Positions 61,439-64,000 of a stretch of 64,000 bases of DNA are shown here, piece by piece. The stretch lies in IMG/VR virus record IMGVR_UViG_3300045988_138376; one strand, given 5' to 3'. The notes beneath the pieces were generated by a model that was given only the letters and a program-made list of their open reading frames with translations, had not been told where the DNA came from and did no database searches. A program made the translations under genes and the position numbers. Numbering within the stretch: position 1 is the first letter of the stretch; each line of letters begins with the position of its first letter. This stretch comes from a virus.

Positions 61439-62907
61439 AAATAGGAGTTGGAATAGGATTGTCGTATCCTAAATATGCTACATTTGTAAATAAGGGAGGG
61501 CAAACTTCTCCTTTTCACCCTTCCCTTGTGGATTATTGGAACTTTAAAGGTAAGAGCAATTTTGATAAAGATAGGAATATTATAAAAGGCGTTAAGGGTA
61601 ATATCTTTAACGCTTATAATTTCGGTTGGAGCTTAGGCAGTGGATATGGTAAATATACTATGAATTATTTAAATTATTTAAATAATTCTAAGAGCCCTGA
61701 AGACATTATAATAACAGATTCTTCAATAACCAGATTAAAAGGTGAAGGAAAAATATCCTTTTGGGTTACAGGGAATAAACTTCCCACAGGTATAACAGTT
61801 ATTCCTTCCTATAGAATCAATGTTACAGGAGAATGGGAAACTCCTCCGGAATTTACTTATTGTGATGGAGATAACGCATCTATATCACATACAATTACTT
61901 TAACTCACGGCATTAACATCATCCCTGAGATAACAATAAATGTAATAACATCAATATCATCCACTATATATGGTTTTAGTACTTTTCAAAATGGAGATGT
62001 CACTATTGAACAAATTCCAGAATATGAAGGGGCAATAGTTACAGATGGTGTTGACGATTATCTGAAACTTGATAAGGTAGGATATAAGATAGGAACTGTT
62101 ATAGTTAAATTTGTTCCTATTAAGTTTAATGTTGGTTGGAATACAGTTTTTGATAATAATAAATACGATAGCCCTAATAGGAATTTTTTAGGTTATTCTT
62201 CTACCATAGAAAATAGAGGTACTACTATGTTTGTTTCTAATTATGGCGATTATCTTGCATTATATCATAATACGCCTAAACAAGCTAATGACTCACTTTA
62301 TATAAGTAGCTCTTATACAGAATCGTTTACAGCTAAGGAGTTTTTTTCTATGGCTCTATATGATATTGCTATATATCAAGACGTTCTGACCGCTGAAGAA
62401 ATTCAGAAAGAAATCAACGTCATGGAATATGGTACTCCAAATCCAGTGTTCGCATTGAACTTTGATAATTTTGCCTATAAAGCCGTTGATTATCCTGAAT
62501 TTGCTACTGGCAAAGTTACAACAAAAAAAATTGTAATAGATAGTACAACTACACAAATGAATGGATTTATTGTGGCTGCTTATAATCCAGAATTAACAAC
62601 AGGAGATGCAATTGAACTACCATCTTATAAAGTAAAAGTCACAGGAATTGACGCATATGGTAATCTGGGCGATGGTTATTGGGCAGTTGCGTTAATGGGA
62701 ATGCCTATTAATGCGTCACAAGACCCTTGGGTTTATCTGTTTTACAAAGATGGAATTTATGATATACCAGCAATATCATTAAGTGAAAGTATCTATAATT
62801 TAGCAGTGATGTGTCAAATAATGGTTGACAAGCCTATTGAAATAGAAGTTCTTTATGATAGTAGTATAACTACTAATTTTCCGAGTGTTAAACAAATATT
62901 TCCTTAA
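61435..62907 (+). CDS. LamG/concanavalin-like lectin-domain protein (candidate receptor-binding or fibre protein)
   Basis: The segment VTDGVDDYLKLD...(beta-rich)...FSMALYDIAIYQDVLTAEEIQKEI matches the Laminin_G_3 pattern (DG.dDy..., G.i.d..iY...Ls.eEI). Confidence 0.6.
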   Translation: MKIGVGIGLSYPKYATFVNKGGQTSPFHPSLVDYWNFKGKSNFDKDRNIIKGVKGNIFNAYNFGWSLGSGYGKYTMNYLNYLNNSKSPEDIIITDSSITRLKGEGKISFWVTGNKLPTGITVIPSYRINVTGEWETPPEFTYCDGDNASISHTITLTHGINIIPEITINVITSISSTIYGFSTFQNGDVTIEQIPEYEGAIVTDGVDDYLKLDKVGYKIGTVIVKFVPIKFNVGWNTVFDNNKYDSPNRNFLGYSSTIENRGTTMFVSNYGDYLALYHNTPKQANDSLYISSSYTESFTAKEFFSMALYDIAIYQDVLTAEEIQKEINVMEYGTPNPVFALNFDNFAYKAVDYPEFATGKVTTKKIVIDSTTTQMNGFIVAAYNPELTTGDAIELPSYKVKVTGIDAYGNLGDGYWAVALMGMPINASQDPWVYLFYKDGIYDIPAISLSESIYNLAVMCQIMVDKPIEIEVLYDSSITTNFPSVKQIFP

Positions 62908-62911
62908 GATT

Positions 62912-63160
62912 ATGAAATTTGCAATACTAACAAAAGAGTGGCTAAACAGCAAAGGCGTTGTTATACAGCCAGAGTGGAGACATAATATAGCTGAAACTGA
63001 ATATATTCTGCATCAAGAGATGATTAGTCCTTTGTTGAATGATACAGATAATATTACTTTTTATGAGTATGATAATACTGAGTTTATTAATATAATAAAT
63101 AGCTCTTCTTGGGTGTTGCCAGAAAGGGAAGAAATACTCCGCAGTTCGCGTAGAAGGTAA
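62912..63160 (+). CDS. hypothetical small protein
   Basis: The start is set at the ATG at 62912 (MKFAILTKEW). Confidence 0.5.
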   Translation: MKFAILTKEWLNSKGVVIQPEWRHNIAETEYILHQEMISPLLNDTDNITFYEYDNTEFINIINSSSWVLPEREEILRSSRRR

Positions 63161-63184
63161 TTTTAATCATTACAAATAAGAAGA

Positions 63185-63221
63185 TAGCCATGCCCCAATA
63201 GGAACATGGCTACTTTTTTTT
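63185..63221 (+). terminator. rho-independent terminator
   Basis: An 8-bp stem TAGCCATG/CATGGCTA (63185-63192 with 63205-63212) is followed by CTTTTTTTTT. Confidence 0.75.
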
Positions 63222-63231
63222 CTGCAAAGAC

Positions 63232-63262
63232 TTTGCAATTAACACTTCAATTGTTATCTTTG
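63232..63262 (+). promoter_or_regulatory. Bacteroidetes-type promoter (-33 TTTG 63232-63235; -7 TATCTTTG 63255-63262)
   Basis: Both elements are present with a 19-nt spacer. The ATG lies 21 nt downstream. Confidence 0.65.
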
Positions 63263-63282
63263 CGATTAAAACCATACAATCT

Positions 63283-64000
63283 ATGGCAAAAGTAACTAAT
63301 TTTTCTGAATCTGCAAGCGATAGCCTGCAAATTCCAGCGTCAGCCAACGAAAAAGGCATTTTAACAAAAAGCAGTTCAAGCAGTGAAATCGAATTGTATT
63401 TCCGAAAAGTCTTAGAACTCAGCAAGTCCGATAACGAATTTCCCGTCAATCTCGAAGAGGTGTGGATGCTGGTATATCCAAGAAAAGATCACGCTGTTAG
63501 AGAATTGGTAGAAGGCAGTCAGTTTATGGAAGGTGTTGATTATCAAGTTTTCCTCAAAAATGGGGAAAACCCTAAAGGAGGAAGACCTACAAATGAGTAC
63601 AAGCTTACCGTTCCCTGCATGGAATTCTTCATTGCAAGAAAAGTCCGCCCAGTATTTGAAGTTTATCGCAAAGTGTTCCACAAAGTAGCAAACGCTTCTA
63701 CTTCTACATCCGATGTAGTTTTGTGGATTAATGCAGTTTCCGACTCTTTGAATCTGAACAAGCAGTCTAAACTCTTATTATTCAAGAAATGGGGAGATAG
63801 TAGAGATTTGCCAACTCCTGATTATGTAGATTCCGCGGATATTCTCTTATCAGCAACTGAGCTTTTAAAGCGCAATGGGCTTAATATCAGCGCAAGAGTA
63901 TTCAATGTGGCTATGATAGAAAAAGGCTTTTTGGAAAAGTGTACTCGCCCTTCAAGCAAAGGACAGAAAGTTTTCAATCACCTAACTACTAAAGGTCTTG
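63283..64000 (+). CDS. AntA/AntB-type antirepressor (3'-truncated by the window end)
   Basis: My hand translation from the ATG at 63283 stays open to the window end. The segment NLEEVWMLVYPRKDHAVRELVEGSQFMEGVDYQVFLKNGENPKGGRPTNEYKLTVPCMEFF is AntA-like. It is absent from the track because there is no stop codon in the window. Confidence 0.65.
   Translation, partial: MAKVTNFSESASDSLQIPASANEKGILTKSSSSSEIELYFRKVLELSKSDNEFPVNLEEVWMLVYPRKDHAVRELVEGSQFMEGVDYQVFLKNGENPKGGRPTNEYKLTVPCMEFFIARKVRPVFEVYRKVFHKVANASTSTSDVVLWINAVSDSLNLNKQSKLLLFKKWGDSRDLPTPDYVDSADILLSATELLKRNGLNISARVFNVAMIEKGFLEKCTRPSSKGQKVFNHLTTKGL

Overview
This window is a 64-kb stretch of a strongly AT-rich tailed-phage genome or prophage with siphovirus-like structural genes. 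Most operons are preceded by the Bacteroidetes-type -7 promoter box TAnnTTTG, sometimes with a -33 TTTG, so a Bacteroidales host is likely. Layout: (1) 129-15974, minus strand: replication and regulation arm, with an AEP-primase/DnaB-like helicase fusion, a replication organizer carrying internal iteron-like repeats, a phage dnaN clamp, a tnpB-only IS200/IS605-type insertion, and several Bro/Rha/KilA antirepressor-type genes. (2) 15975-17795: a 1.8-kb ORF-free control region between the divergent arms, with promoter-to-terminator small-RNA units, mirrored purine/pyrimidine tracts and a TA-rich block. (3) 17796-44921, plus strand: many small early genes; a GC-rich gene made of 45 tandem 18-bp (hexapeptide) units followed by a small serine recombinase; a DNA methyltransferase; a recombination module (Rad50/SbcC-like ATPase, SSB-tip protein, RecT, MBL hydrolase, RuvC-like resolvase); homing-endonuclease-like genes; MazG; an M15 endolysin; and a small opposite-strand island. 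(4) 45067-56265, minus strand: scaffold, lambda-E-like capsid, tail tube, G/GT chaperones with a T9 slippery site, and a 1871-aa tape measure. (5) 56405-64000, plus strand: large terminase, portal, a LamG-domain protein and a truncated Ant-like gene. Most notable observations: a three-copy family of promoter-proximal structured leader RNAs with compensatory base changes, which I cannot assign to a named family; a class-3-type (Ala1, Trp-Cys-Thr) LAGLIDADG intein that splits the terminase Walker A motif; the GC-rich hexapeptide-repeat gene next to the recombinase; and interleaved perfect inverted repeats at 43311-43432. No tRNA, rRNA, CRISPR array, reverse transcriptase, tyrosine integrase or CI-like repressor was recognised. 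All homology statements come from motif reading and memory, not from database searches.
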